The notes beneath the pieces are model-generated. The model was not told the origin of the DNA. It ran no database searches and worked only from the letters and a program-made list of their open reading frames with translations. DNA of 64,000 bases from an uncultured Gammaproteobacteria bacterium (lineage in GTDB: Bacteria; Patescibacteriota; Patescibacteriia; UBA9934), in NCBI GenBank assembly GCA_964401485.1, contig CAYNYL010000002.1, forward strand, positions 36,452-100,451, given 5' to 3'. The stretch's first letter is position 1. Every line of letters begins with the position of its first letter. This document shows positions 48,197-56,748 of the stretch, one piece after another. The translations under genes were made by a program, and so were the position numbers.

Positions 48197-48622
48197 ATGA
48201 CGACAATAAACCCTTGGATCAATTTTAACGGAAATGCCGAAGAGGCGTTCACGTTCTATAAATCTGTGTTTGGTGGAGAATTTGGAAAAATGATTCGGTT
48301 TAAAGAGCTTTCGATGCCTGAATTTAGCATACCTGAGTCCGAGGAGAATAAGATCATGCTTATCACGCTACCGATCGGAATGAATACGTTGATGGGAAAT
48401 GATGTTCCGGAGATTATGGGACGGGTAAACGAAAATGAAAATAGAAGTAAGATTGCGATCAGTGTTGAGACTAAGGCGGAGGCCGAGCGGTTATTTAACG
48501 GTCTTTCGGCTGGCGGAGCGGTTGAGGGCCCGATGGGTGAAGGTCCTTGGGGATCGTTTGCCGGAATGTTTAGGGATAAGTACGGGATCGAATGGATCAT
48601 TGAATATTATCCTGCTACGTAA
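48197..48622 (+). CDS. VOC/PhnB family protein
   Basis: FNGNAEEAFTFYKSVFG, DKYGIEW. Confidence 0.88.
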   Translation: MTTINPWINFNGNAEEAFTFYKSVFGGEFGKMIRFKELSMPEFSIPESEENKIMLITLPIGMNTLMGNDVPEIMGRVNENENRSKIAISVETKAEAERLFNGLSAGGAVEGPMGEGPWGSFAGMFRDKYGIEWIIEYYPAT

Positions 48623-48646
48623 ACAAAGGTTCACCAACACCGAGTT

Positions 48647-49414
48647 ATGGATAAAAAACTTCTTGAGTTACATCCCGACACAAAGAACTATAATAAAGCG
48701 CTACCAAAATCCGATAGAGAGATTTGCGATGTGCTCGCGACCGAGATCACTCGAAATCTAAAAGGCGCCGAGAATAAGATTTGGCATCGGCATCCGGTGT
48801 GGTTTTTGGATGGCAATCCGATTGTGGGCTACGATAAGTTGAAGAATTGTGTACGGTTACTGTTTTGGAGCGGTCAGTCTTTTAACGAGGACGGGCTGAA
48901 GAACGAAGGGAGTTTTAAGGCGAGTGAAGCGCGCTATACCGATGTTTCCGAAATCAAGAAGAAGGATCTAAAGCGATGGTTGGAAAAAGCACGAGAGATA
49001 CAGTGGGATTATAAGAACATCGTGAAACGTAAAGGGGTTCTAAAAAAGATCGTACCAGCGGAACCGTCCGAGCACCGGATCTATCGGATGAGCTTTGCGA
49101 GTGTATATCCTCTCTATGTTGCGAAGGCGGAGAAAAAAGGGCGGACGAAAGAAGAGGTTGACGAGATTATTCGTTGGCTTACCGGGTATAAGCAACGCGG
49201 GCTTGAGGCGCAAATAAAAAAGCAGACCGATTTCAAGACATTTTTTGCCGAGGCTCCCCTACTCAATCCGAATCGATCGCTTGTGAAGGGCATTGTTTGT
49301 GGTGTTCGAGTTGAGGATATTGTTGAGCCGACGATGCGGGAGATTCGCTATCTAGATAAGTTGATTGATGAACTTGCGAGAGGTAAGGCGATGGAAAGGA
49401 TTTTGCGGAAATAA
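48647..49414 (+). CDS. DUF1801-DUF2200 fusion protein
   Basis: N-half [10 protein letters not shown]...LLFWSGQSF; C-half [20 protein letters not shown]...[12 protein letters not shown]. Confidence 0.75.
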   Translation: MDKKLLELHPDTKNYNKALPKSDREICDVLATEITRNLKGAENKIWHRHPVWFLDGNPIVGYDKLKNCVRLLFWSGQSFNEDGLKNEGSFKASEARYTDVSEIKKKDLKRWLEKAREIQWDYKNIVKRKGVLKKIVPAEPSEHRIYRMSFASVYPLYVAKAEKKGRTKEEVDEIIRWLTGYKQRGLEAQIKKQTDFKTFFAEAPLLNPNRSLVKGIVCGVRVEDIVEPTMREIRYLDKLIDELARGKAMERILRK

Positions 49415-49455
49415 CACTGGGCCGGACCGATGCTTGGTCCGACCCGAGAAGAGGG

Positions 49456-49605
49456 CTAGTGTTGATGGAGATACATCTCAACGTCCGACGACCTGGGGTT
49501 CGTGACACATTGGTAGCTGATCACGAGAAAGAGTCCGATCGCGATTACGATAACGAGGATTTCGACCGTGTTGAGCGGTCGTTTTTCATTTTCGGGATTC
49601 GGCAT
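49456..49605 (-). CDS. Orphan 49-aa single-TM peptide (below ORF-track cutoff)
   Basis: AAAGGAGG SD; MPNPENEKRPLNTVEILVIVIAIGLFLVISYQCVTNPRSSDVEMYLHQH; hairpin about 49419-49445 downstream. Confidence 0.65.
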   Translation of the reverse strand: MPNPENEKRPLNTVEILVIVIAIGLFLVISYQCVTNPRSSDVEMYLHQH

Positions 49606-49684
49606 GTGGCCTCCTTTGGCGGATGGTACATGTTCATGGTGATATTGACAAAAACGCTATTTTCGAGTAAGCCGTCTGGCCACT

Positions 49685-49729
49685 CTCCCGCCATGTGCGC
49701 ACGTGCACACCTGGCGGGAGTTTCTTTTT
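49685..49729 (+). terminator. Long GC-rich hairpin with T tract
   Basis: CTCCCGCCA-TGTGC...GCACA-cc-TGGCGGGAG-TTTCTTTTT. Confidence 0.65.
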
Positions 49730-49761
49730 ACTCATGACATGATACGATTACGCTAGGTGCT

Positions 49762-50064
49762 ATGGTTGAATTTGATGCAACGATTTGGGTGTACTCGGGA
49801 GAATCGGCCTGGCATTTTATTTCTCTTCCGAAAACGATCGCGGAAGAAGTCCGGGCAAACAATTCCGGACCTCGTCGTGGATGGGGGTCGATTCCGGTAA
49901 TGGTTACGGTTGGGGCGACCACTTGGAAAACGTCGATTTTTCCCTCCAAAGAGTACGGAACCTTTCTCCTCCCGTTTAAGGCGCAAGTACGAAATCGTGA
50001 AGATATCGGTGAAGGGAGTAAAATTCATGTAAAGCTCGAGTTTACTTATGACAACAATTTCTAA
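49762..50064 (+). CDS. DUF1905 family protein
   Basis: AWHFISLP, GWGSIPV, WKTSIFP. Confidence 0.85.
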   Translation: MVEFDATIWVYSGESAWHFISLPKTIAEEVRANNSGPRRGWGSIPVMVTVGATTWKTSIFPSKEYGTFLLPFKAQVRNREDIGEGSKIHVKLEFTYDNNF

Positions 50065-50350
50065 AGGAACCGTCCATCCACTGCCAGCGGATATGAGGCG
50101 CGCGCTTATTGGCGATACTGGGGCGTTGACTGCCTGGGAGAGTTTAACGCCGCTCGCGAGGAACGAATGGATTTGTTGGGTGACATTTGTAAAAAAGGCG
50201 GAGACACGAGCGGAACATGTCGAACGCATGGCCCAGGAATTGAAGGAGGGTAAACGGCGACCTTGCTGCTGGATCGGGTGCATTCATCGTAAGGATAAAG
50301 CAATCAGTCCGTCGATTAAATGGGTTCTAAGTAAACGAAAAAAATCATAA
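50048..50350 (+). CDS. YdeI/OmpD-associated family protein
   Basis: LTPLARNEWICWV, KKAETR, RRPCCWIGCIHR. Confidence 0.85.
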   Translation: MTTISKGTVHPLPADMRRALIGDTGALTAWESLTPLARNEWICWVTFVKKAETRAEHVERMAQELKEGKRRPCCWIGCIHRKDKAISPSIKWVLSKRKKS

Positions 50351-50359
50351 CCACTTTCT

Positions 50360-50752
50360 ATGCATGGATATACAACAAATATTGAAAAGCTTGCTCTAGA
50401 AAATGATCACTTTAGAAAAGTTCTTTACACGGATTCAAATTGTCAGCTTGTGCTTATGGCGCTTCTTCCTGGAGAGGATATTGGAGAAGAGGTACACGAC
50501 GTTGATCAGTTCCTGCGCGTTGAGGCGGGTACGGGAACGGTTATTTTAAACGGTGAATCGCATGATCTTGCCGATGGATCCGTCATTGTGGTTCCCGCCG
50601 GTGTGAAGCATAATATTTTAAATTCATCTTCGGGACCGATGAAGCTCTATACGCTTTACATGCCACCTCACCATCGCGATGGCGTTGTGCACCATACCAA
50701 GGCAGAGGCAGAAGCGGATTCGGAACATTTTGATGGCGGTACGACGGAGTAA
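50360..50752 (+). CDS. Cupin domain protein
   Basis: IGEEVH..DQFLRVE, VPAGVKHN. Confidence 0.9.
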   Translation: MHGYTTNIEKLALENDHFRKVLYTDSNCQLVLMALLPGEDIGEEVHDVDQFLRVEAGTGTVILNGESHDLADGSVIVVPAGVKHNILNSSSGPMKLYTLYMPPHHRDGVVHHTKAEAEADSEHFDGGTTE

Positions 50753-50755
50753 GCT

Positions 50756-51682
50756 ATGACAAAGATCCCCGTCGTGATTCTGACTGGTTTTTTAGGCGTT
50801 GGGAAAACGACGCTTCTTAAGCGTGCGCTTGAGAATTCGGGTGGGCGCAGGGTGGCACTTATCGTGAACGAATTTGGCGACGTTGGAATTGACGGCGAAC
50901 TTCTTAAGGGTGTTGCGGACAATATTGTCGAGCTCCCGGGAGGTGCGCTCTGTTGTGCGTCGGCTGGTGATACACATCAGGCTCTTGCGAGTTTGATGAG
51001 TCTTGCGAAAGAGCCGATCGAGCACGTCGTGATCGAGACGACGGGACTCGCCGATCCCCTTCCGCTCGCAAAGTCCCTTCTCTCAAGCCCGAGTTTTACC
51101 ACGCACTATCGTTTCGCAGGAGTAATCACACTCGTTGACGCAAAATTTGGGCTTACACGAACCTCGTATCCCGAATGGCAGGCGCAGGTAAGGGGCGCAC
51201 AACTTCTTGTGGTGACAAAGACCGATTTAACGGAGGGAGCGATTCCTGAGGTGCTCGAGACGCAACTCAGATCGCTTAACGAGTCCGCGCTGATTGTCGC
51301 GGATGCGGATCTCTTCTCGTTTAGCGAGCAAGAGCGGGCGATGGCATGGGTTGAACACTCAACTACCACACATGCCCATTCAACCGGAATTACCTCGACC
51401 GTCCTTACCGCGAGTCAACCGCTCGATCAGGAAAAAATAGCGCGCTTTATCGGAGAGCATCTTGTGCTGAACGGAGATCGACTCCTGCGCTACAAGGGCA
51501 TTTTTTGGCTTCATGGATTTGAAGAACGATTTGTGTTTCAAGGGGGCGGATATGAATTTGAAACGGTGCCGGATCGTCCGTGGGAGACGAGTGAAGTCCG
51601 AGAAAGTACCCTCGTTGTCATTGGCCACGGCGTGACGAAATCCGAGTTCGAACAGGCGTTTCTTGGGTGTCAGGTTGGATAA
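50756..51682 (+). CDS. COG0523/CobW family GTPase (metallochaperone)
   Basis: LTGFLGVGKTT, NEFG, ETTGLADP, TKTD, LLRYKG. Confidence 0.9.
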   Translation: MTKIPVVILTGFLGVGKTTLLKRALENSGGRRVALIVNEFGDVGIDGELLKGVADNIVELPGGALCCASAGDTHQALASLMSLAKEPIEHVVIETTGLADPLPLAKSLLSSPSFTTHYRFAGVITLVDAKFGLTRTSYPEWQAQVRGAQLLVVTKTDLTEGAIPEVLETQLRSLNESALIVADADLFSFSEQERAMAWVEHSTTTHAHSTGITSTVLTASQPLDQEKIARFIGEHLVLNGDRLLRYKGIFWLHGFEERFVFQGGGYEFETVPDRPWETSEVRESTLVVIGHGVTKSEFEQAFLGCQVG

Positions 51683-51702
51683 GTCATGATAAGCTTTGCC
51701 AT

Positions 51703-52203
51703 ATGAAAAAACTGACCATTGCTCTCATTGCGCTCGTTCTCGTCGCTCTTGCTGTTCTCACATTCGGTTATTTTGAAATTCAGGCATTGTTCCAAGATAC
51801 GGTTATCGATGAACCGCTTCCGGCCGAAGAGCAAATTGGCTCTCCGGACGAGCTCGCGCCTACGCAGTCTGGTGTATTCGTGCAGGGAGACTCGAGCTAC
51901 ACGATTAGCGGGGCGGCATCGGTTGTTACCTCAAGCGATGGAATCCGTACCCTTGTACTTGAAGACTTTTCCGTGACGAATGGACCGGATTTATTTGTCT
52001 ATCTTGTGAAAGGTGGCGGGACAAATCAGGACGTGAAAAATCTTGTGAAAGAGGAGCTATATGTAAACCTTGGAAAGCTAAAGGGTAACATCGGTGATCA
52101 AACCTATGACCTACCTTCGGATCTCATCATCGAGGACGGGTACACTGTCAGTATTTGGTGCAAGAGGTTCGGACGGAACTTTGGATCGGCGCTACTCGAG
52201 TAA
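51703..52203 (+). CDS. DM13 domain protein
   Basis: GPDLFVYL, LKGNIGDQTY, VSIWCKRF. Confidence 0.88.
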   Translation: MKKLTIALIALVLVALAVLTFGYFEIQALFQDTVIDEPLPAEEQIGSPDELAPTQSGVFVQGDSSYTISGAASVVTSSDGIRTLVLEDFSVTNGPDLFVYLVKGGGTNQDVKNLVKEELYVNLGKLKGNIGDQTYDLPSDLIIEDGYTVSIWCKRFGRNFGSALLE

Positions 52204-52343
52204 ATCGTTTTTGGGTGTATTCTTTTTGGATTCCGTGCTACCGTGTATAGATAACAACCGGTCTATGTACGGGTATACGGAAGCGTTGTGAAACGTACGG
52301 GTGAGAATGTCGGCATGTAATGACTAATTCGCGAATTTCTTTT

Positions 52344-52481
52344 ATGTTGTGGATCATCGCCGTTGTCTTGGTTGTTTTGTGGATCCTTGGCGTTGTTACA
52401 ACGACAACGCTCGGCGGATTTGTTCATTTCCTCCTTATCCTTGCGGTCATCGTTGTTCTTGTCCGCATTATTCGCGGATAG
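52344..52481 (+). CDS. lmo0937-family small membrane protein (below ORF-track cutoff)
   Basis: MLWIIAVVLVVLWILGVVTTTTLGGFVHFLLILAVIVVLVRIIRG. Confidence 0.85.
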   Translation: MLWIIAVVLVVLWILGVVTTTTLGGFVHFLLILAVIVVLVRIIRG

Positions 52482-52546
52482 GTTGAATTCGAGCGTAAGT
52501 TCAGGTACACTCAAATCCCGTCAGTTAGGCGGGATTTTGGCTATCT

Positions 52547-53197
52547 ATGGCTACTAGATTTCTTCGTTATCTTTTCCGGTTGAGCGCTGTACTATCGATT
52601 GTTTTGGTAATCGCGCTCATCGTTCCGCTCCTTAGTGTCCGTAGCCAAAAAAAGCATGTGTTCACAAGTGTTGATGCGGTCGATTCAGCTACTGTTGGAT
52701 TGGTGTTTGGTGCCGGCTTGGTAAATTCGTCGCACCCATCGGACGTTCTCCGCGATCGACTTATAACCGCGTCAGAGCTATTCAATAACGGAAAAATCAG
52801 CACCATCCTTGTTTCCGGTGACAATCGTACCGAGCAGTATTCAGAACCGGAGGTTATGCGTAACACGCTTATAGAAGAATACGGCATCCCAGAGAATGTA
52901 ATCTACCAGGATTTTGGTGGGCGTCGTACTTATGATTCGTGCAAACGCGCGCATGATCTTTTCGGAGTCGAGCGTGCAATCCTTATTTCACAAGAGTATC
53001 ATTTGCCTCGTGCCGTTTGGACTTGTAGACGACTAGGAATAGAGTCGAAAGGAGTGTCTGCTACGAGACAGCCGTACGTTAAGGATCCGTATTACAAGAA
53101 GCGCGAAATCGTAGCTATCTATAAAGCATTTTTTGACATCTACATAAATTCGCCCATAGTTCTTGGTGGGGCGCCTATGAGCGATCTTGATCTATGA
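52547..53197 (+). CDS. SanA/ElyC (DUF218) family protein
   Basis: VFGAG, LVSGDN, DFGGRRTYDS, SQEYHLPRA. Confidence 0.9.
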   Translation: MATRFLRYLFRLSAVLSIVLVIALIVPLLSVRSQKKHVFTSVDAVDSATVGLVFGAGLVNSSHPSDVLRDRLITASELFNNGKISTILVSGDNRTEQYSEPEVMRNTLIEEYGIPENVIYQDFGGRRTYDSCKRAHDLFGVERAILISQEYHLPRAVWTCRRLGIESKGVSATRQPYVKDPYYKKREIVAIYKAFFDIYINSPIVLGGAPMSDLDL

Positions 53198-53727
53198 AAC
53201 TAATCTTTCTTTACGGGCCTCCAGCGGTTGGAAAGTTTACGATCGGTACTTCCCTTTCGAAACGGCTCGGAATCCCACTTATCGACAACCATTCGATCGC
53301 AAACCCGATTGTACGACTGTTTCCTTGGGGTGACCCCGACCAGCAACGACTTACGCGCGAGTTTCGGTTGGAGTTGTTTCGGACGGCGAGTCGCCGAGGG
53401 AAGAGTTTGATTACGACGTTTGGCGGAGGCGGGATGCTCTATGATGATTTTATCCAAGAGACGGTAAAGGCGGTTGAGGAGAATGGCGGAAAGGTCATCT
53501 TTGTTCAGCTCACGGCTCCACGAGAAGTCTTGTTTGCCCGCGTCGCGAACGAATCGAGAAAGGAGAAACAAACGATCGCCTCGGAGCAAACCCTCGCACA
53601 ATTTTTTGAAGAGAAACCCGATGTGTTTTCGCGAGCGCTTGTACCTGATCATTTAGAAATCGATACGTCTAGTCAAACGATCGAGGAATTAACCACCCGT
53701 ATTGCCGAGTATGTCGAGCAAATTTGA
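53194..53727 (+). CDS. P-loop kinase (shikimate/nucleotide kinase-like)
   Basis: LIFLYGPPAVGKFT. Confidence 0.8.
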   Translation: MKLIFLYGPPAVGKFTIGTSLSKRLGIPLIDNHSIANPIVRLFPWGDPDQQRLTREFRLELFRTASRRGKSLITTFGGGGMLYDDFIQETVKAVEENGGKVIFVQLTAPREVLFARVANESRKEKQTIASEQTLAQFFEEKPDVFSRALVPDHLEIDTSSQTIEELTTRIAEYVEQI

Positions 53728-54610
53728 ACTTATCATCTTTTATAAATACACCCGTGTTGAAAACCCGGTTGGGTTTATGCACTGGCAACGAAGGACGTGC
53801 GAGGAACTTGGGCTTCTCGGTCGGGTTCTTATCGCGCACGAAGGAATCAACGGAACGCTTGAGGGCACGACCGAACAAATAGCGGAGTACGAACGGCGCA
53901 TGCACGCGCAAGACGGAACCGAAGGAACGTTTGGTGATTTTTCGGACGTTTGGTTTAAGGCGAGCGAAGGGACTGGAAGCGCGTTTAAAAAGTTAAAGAT
54001 TAAAGTACGTAAGGAGATTGTTACGACGGGCCTTCCCGCCGAGGACGATATCGATCCAAATACGCTTACGGGAAAACACATTCCTCCCGAGGAATTAAAG
54101 AAATGGTTTGAGTCGGGAGAGGATTTCGAGATTATCGATATGCGTAATGACTACGAATATGCCGTTGGTCATTTCCGCGGGTCAAAAAATAGTTACATGC
54201 AAAATTTCCGGGATCTAAAAAAGATTACGCCGGAGTTTGAGGCGATGAAAAAGAAAAAAGTCCTTACGGTTTGCACCTATGGTGTTCGTTGTGAGAAGGC
54301 GTCCGGTTACCTAAAGAGCCAAGGGTTTGAAGAGGTGTATCAACTCCACGGAGGGATTGGGACCTACATGAAGGCGTTTCCTGGGGAAGATTTTAAGGGA
54401 TCGCTGTACGTTTTTGACGGGCGGATGACGGAGCAGTTTACCGACAACTACGAGGTGATCGGAACATGCGTTTCATGCAACGAGAAAACTGAGCGGTTCG
54501 GCAATTGCGCGAACACGGAATGCCATAAGCAACTGTTGATTTGCTCGAACTGCTCGACGGCGCCGCATTACTGTTCCGAGGCGTGCCGCTCCCTTAAAGT
54601 TTTGGCGTAA
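53711..54610 (+). CDS. trhO: Rhodanese-domain tRNA U34 hydroxylase
   Basis: EGINGT, IDMRNDYE...GHF, CTYGVRCEKAS, LYVFDGR, C-terminal Cys cluster. Confidence 0.88.
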   Translation: MSSKFELIIFYKYTRVENPVGFMHWQRRTCEELGLLGRVLIAHEGINGTLEGTTEQIAEYERRMHAQDGTEGTFGDFSDVWFKASEGTGSAFKKLKIKVRKEIVTTGLPAEDDIDPNTLTGKHIPPEELKKWFESGEDFEIIDMRNDYEYAVGHFRGSKNSYMQNFRDLKKITPEFEAMKKKKVLTVCTYGVRCEKASGYLKSQGFEEVYQLHGGIGTYMKAFPGEDFKGSLYVFDGRMTEQFTDNYEVIGTCVSCNEKTERFGNCANTECHKQLLICSNCSTAPHYCSEACRSLKVLA

Positions 54611-55490
54611 AATCGGTAGGGTCAACCGTGAGCGTGAAACAATTTTCTCCGGCGGTATGCTCGAACGTTTCTTCCGCTGTAAATCCATACGGCTTTGACG
54701 CCGTGAGGGCACGGTCCGCGTTCTCGGATTTCGTTGCAAAGTCGGCGCAGAGCTCGAAGGTCGTATCGTTCACAACTTCGTAGCGGTACGCGAGATCCGT
54801 TGCCGGATCGAGTATGTCGCCCTCGTTGTACGAGACTTCGGTTAGTGATTCAGGGAGGGCCTTCTTTTTTGAATAGAAGTCGAGCACGTTGTACTTGATC
54901 GAGGTGAGTTCGCTTACTCGCTCCTCGTCGAGTCGCTCCTTGCGTTGTTCCATTGGCGTTCCGATTTCCATGAACCCAAAGATAAGGGACGAAAGAACGG
55001 CGAGTGATGCGAGGATTCCGGCAGTGACCGGGATTTTCGACGTGAGGATCGTCTTCATGTCCCAAATCGTATAGAGCGAGACGGCTCCGGCGGAGGCGAG
55101 AACGACGAGAAGGCGGAGTGCAAAATGAACCGTAAGTTCCCCGCCAAGAAATGCGCTTAAAATAACGATAAGATCGACAAGGAGCGTAAGGACCGCAAAG
55201 AACAGGGTGATATAGGAATACCATCGTCTAATTCGACTTTCTTTTGCGTCGGTTGTTCGAAGCAAGTCTTTTCGAATAAGGGTGTGAGCGAAAAGATAGG
55301 TTGGCCACGCGACGATAAGAAGCGCCATCATCGTTCGAATCGCGTCCGTTGAACCGTAATAGACCTTGAGGGGATCCGGGATCGCGAGGTAAATGATCTG
55401 CCAATAAAGGACCGTAAAACCGATAATTGAGAGGGCGAGTGCGGTAAGGTTGAGCGTTTGAAGGAAGAGCTCTTTCGGTTGATTTTTCAT
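54594..55490 (-). CDS. DUF5671-like membrane protein
   Basis: Multi-TM N-terminus, then DEERVSEL...LP...DPAT...YRY...FELCADF. Confidence 0.7.
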   Translation of the reverse strand: MKNQPKELFLQTLNLTALALSIIGFTVLYWQIIYLAIPDPLKVYYGSTDAIRTMMALLIVAWPTYLFAHTLIRKDLLRTTDAKESRIRRWYSYITLFFAVLTLLVDLIVILSAFLGGELTVHFALRLLVVLASAGAVSLYTIWDMKTILTSKIPVTAGILASLAVLSSLIFGFMEIGTPMEQRKERLDEERVSELTSIKYNVLDFYSKKKALPESLTEVSYNEGDILDPATDLAYRYEVVNDTTFELCADFATKSENADRALTASKPYGFTAEETFEHTAGENCFTLTVDPTDFTPKL

Positions 55491-55515
55491 ATAAATTAGC
55501 ATAGCATAGAACAGT

Positions 55516-56748
55516 ATGCGTGTCGCAATTATTGGAGGAGGGGCGGCCGGAATGATGTGTGCGGCAACGATTGCCGAAGAAGGGTCGGAAACCCACGTTT
55601 TTTTAGTTGATCGAAACGACGGGCTCGGGAAGAAGGTCATTATTTCCGGGGGTGGACGCTGTAATGTAACGACGGGGATTCAAGATATTCGAACGGTTCT
55701 TACGAAGTATCCCCGTGGGAACAAATTTTTAACGAGCGCGATGTACGGTTTTCCGCCTTCTGAAACGTACGCGTGGTTTGAGCGCCACGGTGTTCCGCTT
55801 AAAACCGAGAAGGATCTACGGGTCTTCCCTGTTTCAAACGATGGGCACGATATTGTCCGAGTATTTGAACGGGTATTTGCGGAGCGTGAAGTCGAGGTGC
55901 GGTTAAAAAGCGCCGTGAATTCGATCGAGAAGCGTGGAGCGGAGTTCCTCGTGTTTCTTAAGAACGAGTCTGAGCCGATCGTTGTCGATCGCGTCGTTCT
56001 TACAACGGGCGGTCAGGCGTATCGTCAGACGGGCTCTGTTGGCGACGGGTACGCGTTTGCGAGTGGACTTGGGCATACGATTACTCCGCTCGCGCCTAGT
56101 CTTAACGCATTTTTCACGCGTGAGAAATGGCCCGCGACGATTTCCGGGTTGTCGTTTGAATCGGCGACGATTACCGCAAAGCGTGCCGGTTCGCCAAAAT
56201 TCACCGGACCATTCCTTTTTACGCACAAAGGCATAAGCGGTCCCGCTGTATTCGCCCTCTCCTCGCTCGTCGCGTTTGAAAAATACGACGCGAATCAACC
56301 GCTTGAAATTACGATTGATCTCTTCCCTGCCGAAACGCACGAAGCGCTAACGAATCGTTTCGCGGAAATGATCAAGAATGAACAAAATAAATTATTTGGA
56401 ACTGTGCTCGGCTGGCTTGTTCCGAAGTCTCTCGCGGAAATCGTTATTAGTGAAAATACAATTTCGGCAACTAAGCGCGTAAATCAGGTAGCGAAAAAAG
56501 ACGTTGCCAAGTGCCTTACGTGGCTTAAGGCGGTTCCTCTATCGGTTATTGCGCGTGGCGCCGGCGACGAATTCGTTACCGCCGGTGGCGTTTCGACGGA
56601 CGAAATCGATCCGCGTACAATGGAATCAAGGATTTGCCCGGGCCTCTATTTTGCCGGTGAAATTATGAACGTTGACGGATTTACTGGCGGGTTTAATTTA
56701 CAAGCGTCATGGGCCGCGGGACGACTCGCAGGACAATCCATTCTATGA
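55516..56748 (+). CDS. HI0933/BaiN family flavoprotein
   Basis: IIGGGAAG, SGGGRCNVT, LFTHKGISGP, VTAGGV, TGGFNLQ. Confidence 0.93.
   Translation: MRVAIIGGGAAGMMCAATIAEEGSETHVFLVDRNDGLGKKVIISGGGRCNVTTGIQDIRTVLTKYPRGNKFLTSAMYGFPPSETYAWFERHGVPLKTEKDLRVFPVSNDGHDIVRVFERVFAEREVEVRLKSAVNSIEKRGAEFLVFLKNESEPIVVDRVVLTTGGQAYRQTGSVGDGYAFASGLGHTITPLAPSLNAFFTREKWPATISGLSFESATITAKRAGSPKFTGPFLFTHKGISGPAVFALSSLVAFEKYDANQPLEITIDLFPAETHEALTNRFAEMIKNEQNKLFGTVLGWLVPKSLAEIVISENTISATKRVNQVAKKDVAKCLTWLKAVPLSVIARGAGDEFVTAGGVSTDEIDPRTMESRICPGLYFAGEIMNVDGFTGGFNLQASWAAGRLAGQSIL

Noticed and set aside
52241-52272. Hairpin CCGTGTATAGA/TCTATGTACGG upstream of the lmo0937-like gene as a riboswitch
   Set aside because: A single stem with no recognisable aptamer; not enough to call.
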